64,000 nucleotides of DNA, taken from assembly GCF_009914755.1 (NCBI RefSeq), contig NC_060941.1; one strand, written 5' to 3'. Each line of letters opens with the position of its first letter. Within the stretch, counting starts at the first letter, position 1. A program made the position numbers and the translations under genes. The DNA comes from the human T2T-CHM13v2.0 reference genome, Homo sapiens. This document shows positions 1-11,500 of this stretch, in pieces. The notes beneath the pieces are model-generated. The model was given only the letters and a program-made list of their open reading frames with translations. It was not told where the DNA came from and did not search any database.

Positions 1-284
1 TTCTCTGTGATGTTTGTGTTCAACTCCCAGAGTTTCACATTGCTTCTCATAGAGTAGTTCTGAAACATGCTTTTCGTAGTGTCTGCAAGTGGACATTTGG
101 AGCGCTTTCAGGCCTGTGGTGGAAAACGAATTATGGTCACATAAAAACTGGAGAGAAGCATTGTCAGAAACTTCTTTGTGATGATTGCATTCAACTCACA
201 GAGTTGAAGGTTCCTTTTCAAAGAGCAGTTTCCAATCACTCTTTCTGTGGAATCTGCAAGTGGATATTTGGACCTCTTTGAAGA

Positions 285-301
285 TTTCGTTGGAAACGGG
301 A
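285..301 (+). promoter_or_regulatory. CENP-B box (intact core; recurs in each HOR)
   Basis: tttcgttggaaacggga matches NTTCGNNNNANNCGGGN. Confidence 0.9.
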
Positions 302-455
302 GAATCTTCACAGAAAAGCTAAACAGAAGCATTCTCAGAAACTTCTTTGTGATGCTTGCATTCAACTCACAGAGTTGAACTTTCCTTTCGAGAGAGAAGC
401 TTTGAAACACTCTTTTTCCAGAATCTGCAAGTGGACATTTGGAGGGCTTTGAGGC

Positions 456-472
456 CTGTGGTGGAAAAGGAA
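456..472 (+). other. A-type monomer box (pJ-alpha-like site) at the position equivalent to the CENP-B box
   Basis: ctgtggtggaaaaggaa lies exactly 171 bp after the box at 285 and resembles the pJ-alpha consensus CTAYGGTGRAAAAGGAA. Confidence 0.6.
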
Positions 473-797
473 TTATCTTCCCGTAAAAGCTAGATAGAAG
501 CATTCTCAGAAACTACTTTGTGATGATTGCATTCAAGTCACAGAGTTGAACATTCCCTTTGACAGAGCAGTTTGGAAACTCTCTTTGTGTAGAATCTGCA
601 AGTGGAGATATGGACCGCTTTGAGGCCTATGGTAGTAAAGGAAATAGCTTCATATAAAAGCTAGACAGTAGCATTCACAGAAAACTCTTGGTGACGACTG
701 AGTTTAACTCACAGAGCTGAACATTCCTTTGGATGGAGCAGTTTCGAAACACACTATTTGTAGAATGTGCAAGTGGATATTTGGGCCTCTCTGAGGA

Positions 798-814
798 TTT
801 CGTTGGAAACGGGA
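798..814 (+). promoter_or_regulatory. CENP-B box (intact core; recurs in each HOR)
   Basis: tttcgttggaaacggga. Confidence 0.9.
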
Positions 815-964
815 TAAACCGCACAGAACTAAACAGAAGCATTCTCAGAACCTTCTTCGTGATGTTTGCATTCAACTCACAGTGTTGAACCTTTCTTTGA
901 TAGTTCAGGTTTGAAACGGTCTTTCTGTAGAAACTGCAAGTAGATATTTGGACCTCTCTGAGGA

Positions 965-981
965 TTTCGTTGGAAACGGGA
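965..981 (+). promoter_or_regulatory. CENP-B box (intact core; recurs in each HOR)
   Basis: tttcgttggaaacggga. Confidence 0.9.
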
Positions 982-1132
982 TAACCCGCACAGAACTAAA
1001 ACAGAAGCATTCTCAGAACCCTCTACGTGATGTTTGCATTCAACTCACAGTGCTGAACCTTTCTTTGATAGTTCAGCTTTGAAACACTCTTTTTGTAGAA
1101 ACTGCAAGTGGATATTTGGTCCTCTCTGAGGA

Positions 1133-1149
1133 TTTCGTTGGAAACGGGA
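1133..1149 (+). promoter_or_regulatory. CENP-B box (intact core; recurs in each HOR)
   Basis: tttcgttggaaacggga. Confidence 0.9.
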
Positions 1150-1469
1150 TAAACTGCACAGAACTAAACAGAAGCATTCTCAGAACCTTCTTCGTGATGT
1201 CTGCATTCAACTCACAGTGTGGAACCTTTCTTTAATAGTTCAGGTTTGAAACACTCTTTTTGTAGAAACTGCAAGGGGATAATTGCACTCTTTGAAGAGT
1301 ACCGTAGTAAAGGAAATAACTTCCTCTAAAAAGAAGACAGAAGCTTTCTCAGAAAATTCTTTGGGATGATTGAGTTGAACTCACAGAGCTGAGCATTCCT
1401 TGCGATGTAGCAGTTTAGAAACACACTTTCTGCAGAATCTGCAAGTGCATATTTGGACCTCTCTGAGGA

Positions 1470-1486
1470 ATTCGTTGGAAACGGGA
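1470..1486 (+). promoter_or_regulatory. CENP-B box overlapping the HOR-defining EcoRI site
   Basis: attcgttggaaacggga; gaattc at 1468-1473. Confidence 0.9.
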
Positions 1487-1635
1487 TAATTTCAGCTGAC
1501 TAAACAGAAGCAGTCTCAGAATCTTCTTTGTGATGTTTGCATTCAAATCCCAGAGTTGAACTTTCCTTTCAAAGTTCACGTTTGAAACACTCTTTTTGCA
1601 GGATCTACAAGTGGATATTTGGACCACTCTGTGTC

Positions 1636-1652
1636 CTTCGTTCGAAACGGGT
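1636..1652 (+). promoter_or_regulatory. CENP-B box, ttcgttcg variant (core intact)
   Basis: cttcgttcgaaacgggt retains TTCG, A and CGGG. Confidence 0.85.
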
Positions 1653-2319
1653 ATATCTTCACATGACATCTAGACAGAAGCATTCTCAGAAGCTTCTCTG
1701 TGATGACTGCATTCAACTCACGGAGTTGAACACTCCTTTTGAGAGCGCAGTTTTGAAACTCTCTTTCTGTGGCATCTGCAAGGGGACATGTAGACCTCTT
1801 TGAAGATTTCTTTGGAAACGGAATCATCTTCACATAAAAACTATACAGATGCATTCTCAGGAACTTTTTGGTGATGTTTGTATTCAACTCCCAGAGTTGA
1901 ACTTTCCTTTGGAAAGAGCAGCTATGAAACACTCTTTTTCTAGAATCTGCAAGTGGACGTTTGGAGGGCTTTGTGGTTTGTGGTGGAAAAGGAAATATCT
2001 TCACCTAAATACTAGATAGAAGCATTCTCAGAAACTGCTTTGTGATGATTGCATTCACCTCACAGAGTTGAACATTCCTATTGATAGAGCAGTTTGGAAA
2101 CACTCTTGTTGTGGAATGTGCAAGTGGAGATTTGGAGCGCTTTGAGGCCTATGGTAGTAAAGGGAATAGCTTCATAGAAAAACTAGACAGAAGCATTCTC
2201 AGAAAATACTTTGTGATGATTGAGTTTAACTCACAGAGCTGAACATTCCTTTGGATGGAGCAGGTTTGAGACACACTTTTTGTAGAATCTACAAGTGGAT
2301 ATTTGGACCTCTCTGAGGA

Positions 2320-2336
2320 TTTCGTTGGAAACGCGA
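2320..2336 (+). promoter_or_regulatory. Dimorphic CENP-B box position (broken CGCG here, intact CGGG in other HOR copies)
   Basis: tttcgttggaaacgcga here, versus tttcgttggaaacggga at e.g. ~21317 and ~26741. Confidence 0.8.
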
Positions 2337-2485
2337 TAACTGCACCTAACTAAACGGAAGCATTCTCAGAAACTTCTTGGTGATGTTTGCATTCAAATCC
2401 CAGAGTTGAACCTTCCTGTGATAGTTCAGGTTTGAAACACTCTTTTTGTAGGATCTTCAAGTGGATATTTGGACCACTCTGTGGC

Positions 2486-2502
2486 CTTCGTTCGAAACGG
2501 GT
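2486..2502 (+). promoter_or_regulatory. CENP-B box, ttcgttcg variant (core intact; pentamer paralog of 1636)
   Basis: cttcgttcgaaacgggt. Confidence 0.85.
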
Positions 2503-5500
2503 ACATCTTCACATAAAATCTAGACAGAAGCCTTCACAGAAACTTCTCTGTGATGATTGCATTCAACTCACAGATTTGAACCCTCCTATGGATAGAGCAT
2601 TGTTGAAACTCTCTTTTTGTGGAATCTGCAAGTGGATATGTGGACCTCTCTGAAGATGTCTTTGGAAACGGGAATATCTTCACATAAAAACTAAACAGAA
2701 GCATTCTCAGAAACTTCTCTGTGATGTTTGTGTTCAACTCCCAGAGTTTCACATTGCTTTTCATAGAGTAGTTCTGAAACATGCTTTTCGTAGTGTCTGC
2801 AAGTGGACATTTGGAGCGCTTTCAGGCCTGTGGTGCAAAACGAATTATGGTCCCATAAAAACTGGAGAGAAGCATTGTCAGAAACTTCTTTGTGATGATT
2901 GCATTCAACTCACAGAGATGAAGGTTCCTTTTCAAACAGCAGTTTCCAAACACTCTTTCTGTGGAATCTGCAAGTGGATATTTGGATCTCTTTGAAGATT
3001 TCGTTGGAAACGGGAGAATCTTCACAGAAAAGCTAAACAGAAGCATTCTCAGAAACTTCTTTGTGATGCTTGCATTCAACTCACAGAGTTGAACTTTCCT
3101 TTCGAGAGAGAAGCTTTGAAACACTCTTTTTCCAGAATCTGCAAGTGGACATTTGGAGGGCTTTGAGGCCTGTGGTAGAAAAGGAATTAACTTCCCGTAA
3201 AAGCTAGATAGAAGCATTCTCAGAAACTACTTTGTGATGATTGCATTCAAGTCACAGAGTTGAACATTCCCTTTGACAGAGCAGTTTGGAAACTCTCTTT
3301 CTGTAGAATCTGCAAGTGGAGATATGGACCGCTTTGAGGCCTGTGGTAGTAAAGGAAATAGCTTCATATAAAAGCTAGACAGTAGCATTCACAGAAAACT
3401 CTTGGTGACGACTGAGTTTAACTCACAGAGCTGAACATTCCTTTGGATGGAGCAGTTTCGAAACACACTATTTGTAGAATGTGCAAGTGGATATTTGGGC
3501 CTCTCTGAGGATTTCGTTGGAAACGGGATAAACCGCACAGAACTAAACAGAAGCATTCTCAGAACCTTCTTCGTGATGTTTGCATTCAACTCACAGTGTT
3601 GAACCTTTCTTTGATAGTTCAGGTTTGAAACGGTCTTTCTGTAGAAACTGCAAGTAGATATTTGGACCTCTCTGAGGATTTCGTTGGAAACGGGATAAAC
3701 CGCACAGAACTAAAACAGAAGCATTCTCAGAACCCTCTTCGTGATGTTTGCATTCAACTCACAGTGCTGAACCTTTGTTTGATAGTTCAGCTTTGAAACA
3801 CTCTTTTTGTAGAAACTGCAAGTGAATATTTGGTCCTCTCTGAGGATTTCGTTGGAAACGGGATAAAACGCACAGAACTAAACAGAAGCATTCTCAGAAC
3901 CTTCTTCGTGATGTCTGCATTCAACTCAAAGTGTGGAACCTTTCTTTGATAGTTCAGGTTTTAAAAACTCTTTTTGTAGAAACTGCAAGGGGATAATTGC
4001 ACTCTTTGAGGAGTACCGTAGTAAAGGAAATAACTTCCTATAAAAAGAAGACAGAAGCTTTCTCAGAAAATTCTTTGGGATGATTGAGTTGAACTCACAG
4101 AGCTGAGCATTCCTTGCGATGTAGCAGTTTAGAAACACACTTTCTGCAGAATCTGCAAGTGCATATTTGGACCTCTCTGAGGAATTCGTTGGAAACGGGA
4201 TAATTTCAGCTGACTAAACAGAAGCAGTCTCAGAATCTTCTTTGTGATGTTTGCATTCAAATCCCAGAGTTGAACTTTCCTTTCAAAGTTCACGTTTGAA
4301 ACACTCTTTTTGCAGGATCTACAAGTGGATATTTGGACCACTCTGTGTCCTTCGTTCGAAACGGGTATATCTTCACATGACATCTAGACAGAAGCATTCT
4401 CAGAAGCTTCTCTGTGATGACTGCATTCAACTCACGGAGTTGAACACTCCTTTTGAGAGCGCAGTTTTGAAACTCTCTTTCTGTGGCATCTGCAAGGGGA
4501 CATGTAGACCTCTTTGAAGATTTCTTTGGAAACGGAATCATCTTCACATAAAAACTATACAGATGCATTCTCAGGAACTTTTTGGTGATGTTTGTATTCA
4601 ACTCCCAGAGTTGAACTTTCCTTTGGAAAGAGCAGCTATGAAACACTCTTTTTCTAGAATCTGCAAGTGGACGTTTGGAGGGCTTTGTGGTTTGTGGTGG
4701 AAAAGGAAATATCTTCACCTAAATACTAGATAGAAGCATTCTCAGAAACTGCTTTGTGATGATTGCATTCACCTCACAGAGTTGAACATTCCTATTGATA
4801 GAGCAGTTTGGAAACACTCTTGTTGTGGAATGTGCAAGTGGAGATTTGGAGCGCTTTGAGGCCTATGGTAGTAAAGGGAATAGCTTCATAGAAAAACTAG
4901 ACAGAAGCATTCTCAGAAAATACTTTGTGATGATTGAGTTTAACTCACAGAGCTGAACATTCCTTTGGATGGAGCAGGTTTGAGACACACTTTTTGTAGA
5001 ATCTACAAGTGGATATTTGGACCTCTCTGAGGATTTCGTTGGAAACGCGATAACTGCACCTAACTAAACGGAAGCATTCTCAGAAACTTCTTGGTGATGT
5101 TTGCATTCAAATCCCAGAGTTGAACCTTCCTGTGATAGTTCAGGTTTGAAACACTCTTTTTGTAGGATCTTCAAGTGGATATTTGGACCACTCTGTGGCC
5201 TTCGTTCGAAACGGGTACATCTTCACATAAAATCTAGACAGAAGCCTTCACAGAAACTTCTCTGTGATGATTGCATTCAACTCACAGATTTGAACCCTCC
5301 TATGGATAGAGCATTGTTGAAACTCTCTTTTTGTGGAATCTGCAAGTGGATATGTGGACCTCTCTGAAGATGTCTTTGGAAACGGGAATATCTTCACATA
5401 AAAACTAAACAGAAGCATTCTCAGAAACTTCTCTGTGATGTTTGTGTTCAACTCCCAGAGTTTCACATTGCTTTTCATAGAGTAGTTCTGAAACATGCTT

Positions 5501-8500
5501 TTCGTAGTGTCTGCAAGTGGACATTTGGAGCGCTTTCAGGCCTGTGGTGCAAAACGAATTATGGTCCCATAAAAACTGGAGAGAAGCATTGTCAGAAACT
5601 TCTTTGTGATGATTGCATTCAACTCACAGAGATGAAGGTTCCTTTTCAAACAGCAGTTTCCAAACACTCTTTCTGTGGAATCTGCAAGTGGATATTTGGA
5701 TCTCTTTGAAGATTTCGTTGGAAACGGGAGAATCTTCACAGAAAAGCTAAACAGAAGCATTCTCAGAAACTTCTTTGTGATGCTTGCATTCAACTCACAG
5801 AGTTGAACTTTCCTTTCGAGAGAGAAGCTTTGAAACACTCTTTTTCCAGAATCTGCAAGTGGACATTTGGAGGGCTTTGAGGCCTGTGGTAGAAAAGGAA
5901 TTAACTTCCCGTAAAAGCTAGATAGAAGCATTCTCAGAAACTACTTTGTGATGATTGCATTCAAGTCACAGAGTTGAACATTCCCTTTGACAGAGCAGTT
6001 TGGAAACTCTCTTTCTGTAGAATCTGCAAGTGGAGATATGGACCGCTTTGAGGCCTATGGTAGTAAAGGAAATAGCTTCATATAAAAGCTAGACAGTAGC
6101 ATTCACAGAAAACTCTTGGTGACGACTGAGTTTAACTCACAGAGCTGAACATTCCTTTGGATGGAGCAGTTTCGAAACACACTATTTGTAGAATGTGCAA
6201 GTGGATATTTGGGCCTCTCTGAGGATTTCGTTGGAAACGGGATAAACCGCACAGAACTAAACAGAAGCATTCTCAGAACCTTCTTCGTGATGTTTGCATT
6301 CAACTCACAGTGTTGAACCTTTCTTTGATAGTTCAGGTTTGAAACGGTCTTTCTGTAGAAACTGCAAGTAGATATTTGGACCTCTCTGAGGATTTCGTTG
6401 GAAACGGGATAAACCGCACAGAACTAAAACAGAAGCATTCTCAGAACCCTCTTCGTGATGTTTGCATTCAACTCACAGTGCTGAACCTTTGTTTGATAGT
6501 TCAGCTTTGAAACACTCTTTTTGTAGAAACTGCAAGTGAATATTTGGTCCTCTCTGAGGATTTCGTTGGAAACGGGATAAAACGCACAGAACTAAACAGA
6601 AGCATTCTCAGAACCTTCTTCGTGATGTCTGCATTCAACTCAAAGTGTGGAACCTTTCTTTGATAGTTCAGGTTTTAAAAACTCTTTTTGTAGAAACTGC
6701 AAGGGGATAATTGCACTCTTTGAGGAGTACCGTAGTAAAGGAAATAACTTCCTATAAAAAGAAGACAGAAGCTTTCTCAGAAAATTCTTTGGGATGATTG
6801 AGTTGAACTCACAGAGCTGAGCATTCCTTGCGATGTAGCAGTTTAGAAACACACTTTCTGCAGAATCTGCAAGTGCATATTTGGACCTCTCTGAGGAATT
6901 CGTTGGAAACGGGATAATTTCAGCTGACTAAACAGAAGCAGTCTCAGAATCTTCTTTGTGATGTTTGCATTCAAATCCCAGAGTTGAACTTTCCTTTCAA
7001 AGTTCACGTTTGAAACACTCTTTTTGCAGGATCTACAAGTGGATATTTGGACCACTCTGTGTCCTTCGTTCGAAACGGGTATATCTTCACATGACATCTA
7101 GACAGAAGCATTCTCAGAAGCTTCTCTGTGATGACTGCATTCAACTCACGGAGTTGAACACTCCTTTTGAGAGCGCAGTTTTGAAACTCTCTTTCTGTGG
7201 CATCTGCAAGGGGACATGTAGACCTCTTTGAAGATTTCTTTGGAAACGGAATCATCTTCACATAAAAACTATACAGATGCATTCTCAGGAACTTTTTGGT
7301 GATGTTTGTATTCAACTCCCAGAGTTGAACTTTCCTTTCGAAAGAGCAGCTATGAAACACTCTTTTTCTAGAATCTGCAAGTGGACGTTTGGAGGGCTTT
7401 GTGGTTTGTGGTGGAAAAGGAAATATCTTCACCTAAATACTAGATAGAAGCATTCTCAGAAACTGCTTTGTGATGATTGCATTCACCTCACAGAGTTGAA
7501 CATTCCTATTGATAGAGCAGTTTGGAAACACTCTTGTTGTGGAATGTGCAAGTGGAGATTTGGAGCGCTTTGAGGCCTATGGTAGTAAAGGGAATAGCTT
7601 CATAGAAAAACTAGACAGAAGCATTCTCAGAAAATACTTTGTGATGATTGAGTTTAACTCACAGAGCTGAACATTCCTTTGGATGGAGCAGGTTTGAGAC
7701 ACACTTTTTGTAGAATCTACAAGTGGATATTTGGACCTCTCTGAGGATTTCGTTGGAAACGCGATAACTGCACCTAACTAAACGGAAGCATTCTCAGAAA
7801 CTTCTTGGTGATGTTTGCATTCAAATCCCAGAGTTGAACCTTCCTGTGATAGTTCAGGTTTGAAACACTCTTTTTGTAGGATCTTCAAGTGGATATTTGG
7901 ACCACTCTGTGGCCTTCGTTCGAAACGGGTACATCTTCGCATAAAATCTAGACAGAAGCCTTCACAGAAACTTCTCTGTGATGATTGCATTCAACTCACA
8001 GATTTGAACCCTCCTATGGATAGAGCATTGTTGAAACTCTCTTTTTGTGGAATCTGCAAGTGGATATGTGGACCTCTCTGAAGATGTCTTTGGAAACGGG
8101 AATATCTTCACATAAAAACTAAACAGAAGCATTCTCAGAAACTTCTCTGTGATGTTTGTGTTCAACTCCCAGAGTTTCACATTGCTTTTCATAGAGTAGT
8201 TCTGAAACATGCTTTTCGTAGTGTCTGCAAGTGGACATTTGGAGCGCTTTCAGGCCTGTGGTGCAAAACGAATTATGGTCCCATAAAAACTGGAGAGAAG
8301 CATTGTCAGAAACTTCTTTGTGATGATTGCATTCAACTCACAGAGATGAAGGTTCCTTTTCAAACAGCAGTTTCCAAACACTCTTTCTGTGGAATCTGCA
8401 AGTGGATATTTGGATCTCTTTGAAGATTTCGTTGGAAACGGGAGAATCTTCACAGAAAAGCTAAACAGAAGCATTCTCAGAAACTTCTTTGTGATGCTTG

Positions 8501-11500
8501 CATTCAACTCACAGAGTTGAACTTTCCTTTCGAGAGAGAAGCTTTGAAACACTCTTTTTCCAGAATCTGCAAGTGGACATTTGGAGGGCTTTGAGGCCTG
8601 TGGTAGAAAAGGAATTAACTTCCCGTAAAAGCTAGATAGAAGCATTCTCAGAAACTACTTTGTGATGATTGCATTCAAGTCACAGAGTTGAACATTCCCT
8701 TTGACAGAGCAGTTTGGAAACTCTCTTTCTGTAGAATCTGCAAGTGGAGATATGGACCGCTTTGAGGCCTATGGTAGTAAAGGAAATAGCTTCATATAAA
8801 AGCTAGACAGTAGCATTCACAGAAAACTCTTGGTGACGACTGAGTTTAACTCACAGAGCTGAACATTCCTTTGGATGGAGCAGTTTCGAAACACACTATT
8901 TGTAGAATGTGCAAGTGGATATTTGGGCCTCTCTGAGGATTTCGTTGGAAACGGGATAAACCGCACAGAACTAAACAGAAGCATTCTCAGAACCTTCTTC
9001 GTGATGTTTGCATTCAACTCACAGTGTTGAACCTTTCTTTGATAGTTCAGGTTTGAAACGGTCTTTCTGTAGAAACTGCAAGTAGATATTTGGACCTCTC
9101 TGAGGATTTCGTTGGAAACGGGATAAACCGCACAGAGCTAAAACAGAAGCATTCTCAGAACCCTCTTCGTGATGTTTGCATTCAACTCACAGTGCTGAAC
9201 CTTTCTTTGATAGTTCAGCTTTGAAACACTCTTTTTGTAGAAACTGCAAGTGAATATTTGGTCCTCTCTGAGGATTTCGTTGGAAACGGGATAAAACGCA
9301 CAGAACTAAACAGAAGCATTCTCAGAACCTTCTTCGTGATGTCTGCATTCAACACAAAGTGTGGAACTTTTCTTTGATAGTTCAGGTTTTAAAAACTCTT
9401 TTTGTAGAAACTGCAAGGGGATAATTGCACTCTTTGAGGAGTACCGTAGTAAAGGAAATAACTTCCTATAAAAAGAAGACAGAAGCTTTCTCAGAAAATT
9501 CTTTGGGATGATTGAGTTGAACTCACAGAGCTGAGCATTCCTTGCGATGTAGCAGTTTAGAAACACACTTTCTGCAGAATCTGCAAGTGCATATTTGGAC
9601 CTCTGTGAGGAATTCGTTGGAAACGGGATAATTTCAGCTGACTAAACAGAAGCAGTCTCAGAATCTTCTTTGTGATGTTTGCATTCAAATCCCAGAGTTG
9701 AACTTTCGTTTCAAATTTCACGTTTGAAACACTCTTTTTGCAGGATCTACAAGTGGATATTTGGACCACTCTGTATCCTTCGTTCGAAACGGGTATATCT
9801 TCACATGACATCTAGACAGAAGCATTCTCAGAAGCTTCTCTGTGATGACTGCATTCAACTCACGGAGTTGAACACTCCTTTTGAGAGCGCAGTTTTGAAA
9901 CTCTCTTTCTGTGGCATCTGCAAGGGGACATGTAGACCTCTTTGAAGATTTCGTTGGAAACGGAATCATCTTCACATAAAAACTATACAGATGCATTCTC
10001 AGGAACTTTTTGGTGATGTTTGTATTCAACTCCCAGAGTTGAACTTTCCTTTGGAAAGAGCAGCTATGAAACACTCTTTTTCTAGAATCTGCAAGTGGAC
10101 GTTTGGAGGGCTTTGTGGTTTGTGGTGGAAAAGGAAATATCTTCACCTAAATACTAGATAGAAGCATTCTCAGAAACTGCTTTGTGATGATTGCATTCAC
10201 CTCACAGAGTTGAACATTCCTATTGATAGAGCAGTTTGGAAACACTCTTGTTGTGGAATGTGCAAGTGGAGATTTGGAGCGCTTTGAGGCCTATGGTAGT
10301 AAAGGGAATAGCTTCATAGAAAAACTAGACAGAAGCATTCTCAGAAAATACTTTGTGATGATTGAGTTTAACTCACAGAGCTGAACATTCCTTTGGATGG
10401 AGCAGGTTTGAGACACACTTTTTGTAGAATCTACAAGTGGATATTTGGACCTCTCTGAGGATTTCGTTGGAAACGCGATAACTCCACCTAACTAAACGGA
10501 AGAATTCTCAGAAACTTCTTGGTGATGTTTGCATTCAAATCCCAGAGTTGAACCTTCCTGTGATAGTTCAGGTTTGAAACACTCTTTTTGTAGGATCTTC
10601 AAGTGGATATTTGGACCACTCTGTGGCCTTTGTTCGAAACGGGTATATCTTCGCATAAAATCTAGACAGAAGCCTTCTCAGAAACTTCTCTGTGATGATT
10701 GCATTCAACTCACAGATTTGAACCCTCCTATGGATAGAGCATTGTTGAAACTCTCTTTTTGTGGAATCTGCAAGTGGATATGTGGACCTCTCTGAAGATG
10801 ACTTTGGAAACGGGAATATCTTCACATAAAAACTAAACAGAAGCATTCTCAGAAACTACTCTGTGATGTTTGTGTTCAACTCCCAGAGTTTCACATTGCT
10901 TTTCATAGAGTAGTTCTGAAACATGCTTTTCGTAGTGTCTGCAAGTGGACATTTGGAGCGCTTTCAGGCCTGTGGTGCAAAACGAATTATGGTCCCATAA
11001 AAACTGGAGAGAAGCATTGTCAGAAACTTCTTTGTGATGATTGCATTCAACTCACAGAGATGAAGGTTCCTTTTCAAACAGCAGTTTCCAAACACTCTTT
11101 CTGTGGAATCTGCAAGTGGATATTTGGATCTCTTTGAAGATTTCGTTGGAAACGGGAGAATCTTCACAGAAAAGCTAAACAGAAGCATTCTCAGAAACTT
11201 CTTTGTGATGCTTGCATTCAACTCACAGAGTTGAACTTTCCTTTCGAGAGAGAAGCTTTGAAACACTCTTTTTCCAGAATCTGCAAGTGGACATTTGGAG
11301 GGCTTTGAGGCCTGTGGTAGAAAAGGAATTAACTTCCCGTAAAAGCTAGATAGAAGCATTCTCAGAAACTACTTTGTGATGATTGCATTCAAGTCACAGA
11401 GTTGAACATTCCCTTTGACAGAGCAGTTTGGAAACTCTCTTTGTGTAGAATCTGCAAGTGGAGATATGGACCGCTTTGAGGCCTATGGTAGTAAAGGAAA

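Larger units (their letters stand above)
829..1343 (+). repeat. Three tandem, closely similar short (167-169 bp) monomers present in every HOR
   Basis: cagaagcattctcagaacc(t/c)tct..gtgatgt(t/c)tgcattcaactcacagtg..gaacctttcttt.atagttcag occurs at anchors 840, 1008 and 1175, each preceded by a CENP-B box and gcacagaactaaa. Confidence 0.9.
1511..3214 (+). repeat. Ancestral ~850-bp pentamer periodicity inside the HOR (SF3 W1-W5 type)
   Basis: Monomers at 1511/2361 and 1681/2531 are 850 bp apart and share diagnostics (cattcaaatcccagag, ggaccactctgtg, cttcgttcgaaacgggta). Paralogous ORFs at 1537 and 2387 are 850 bp apart. Confidence 0.85.
1468..4181 (+). repeat. Representative canonical 16-mer HOR unit (EcoRI to EcoRI, 2,714 bp)
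   Basis: gaattc at 1468-1473 and 4182-4187. Monomer anchors (cattctcaga-like) at 159, 330, 501, 672, 840, 1008, 1175, 1344, 1511, 1681, 1852, 2023, 2194, 2361, 2531, 2702, then 2873 (=159+2714), giving 16 monomers. Confidence 0.95.

Noticed and set aside
741-750. Short palindrome gtttcgaaac and similar dyads
   Set aside because: They are too short to support a specific structure claim, and short dyads are expected in alphoid DNA.
1806-1823. CENP-B-like sites tttc(g/t)ttggaaacggaa, and tgtctttggaaacggga (~2657)
   Set aside because: They lack the CGGG or TTCG core in all copies, so they were not counted as functional boxes.
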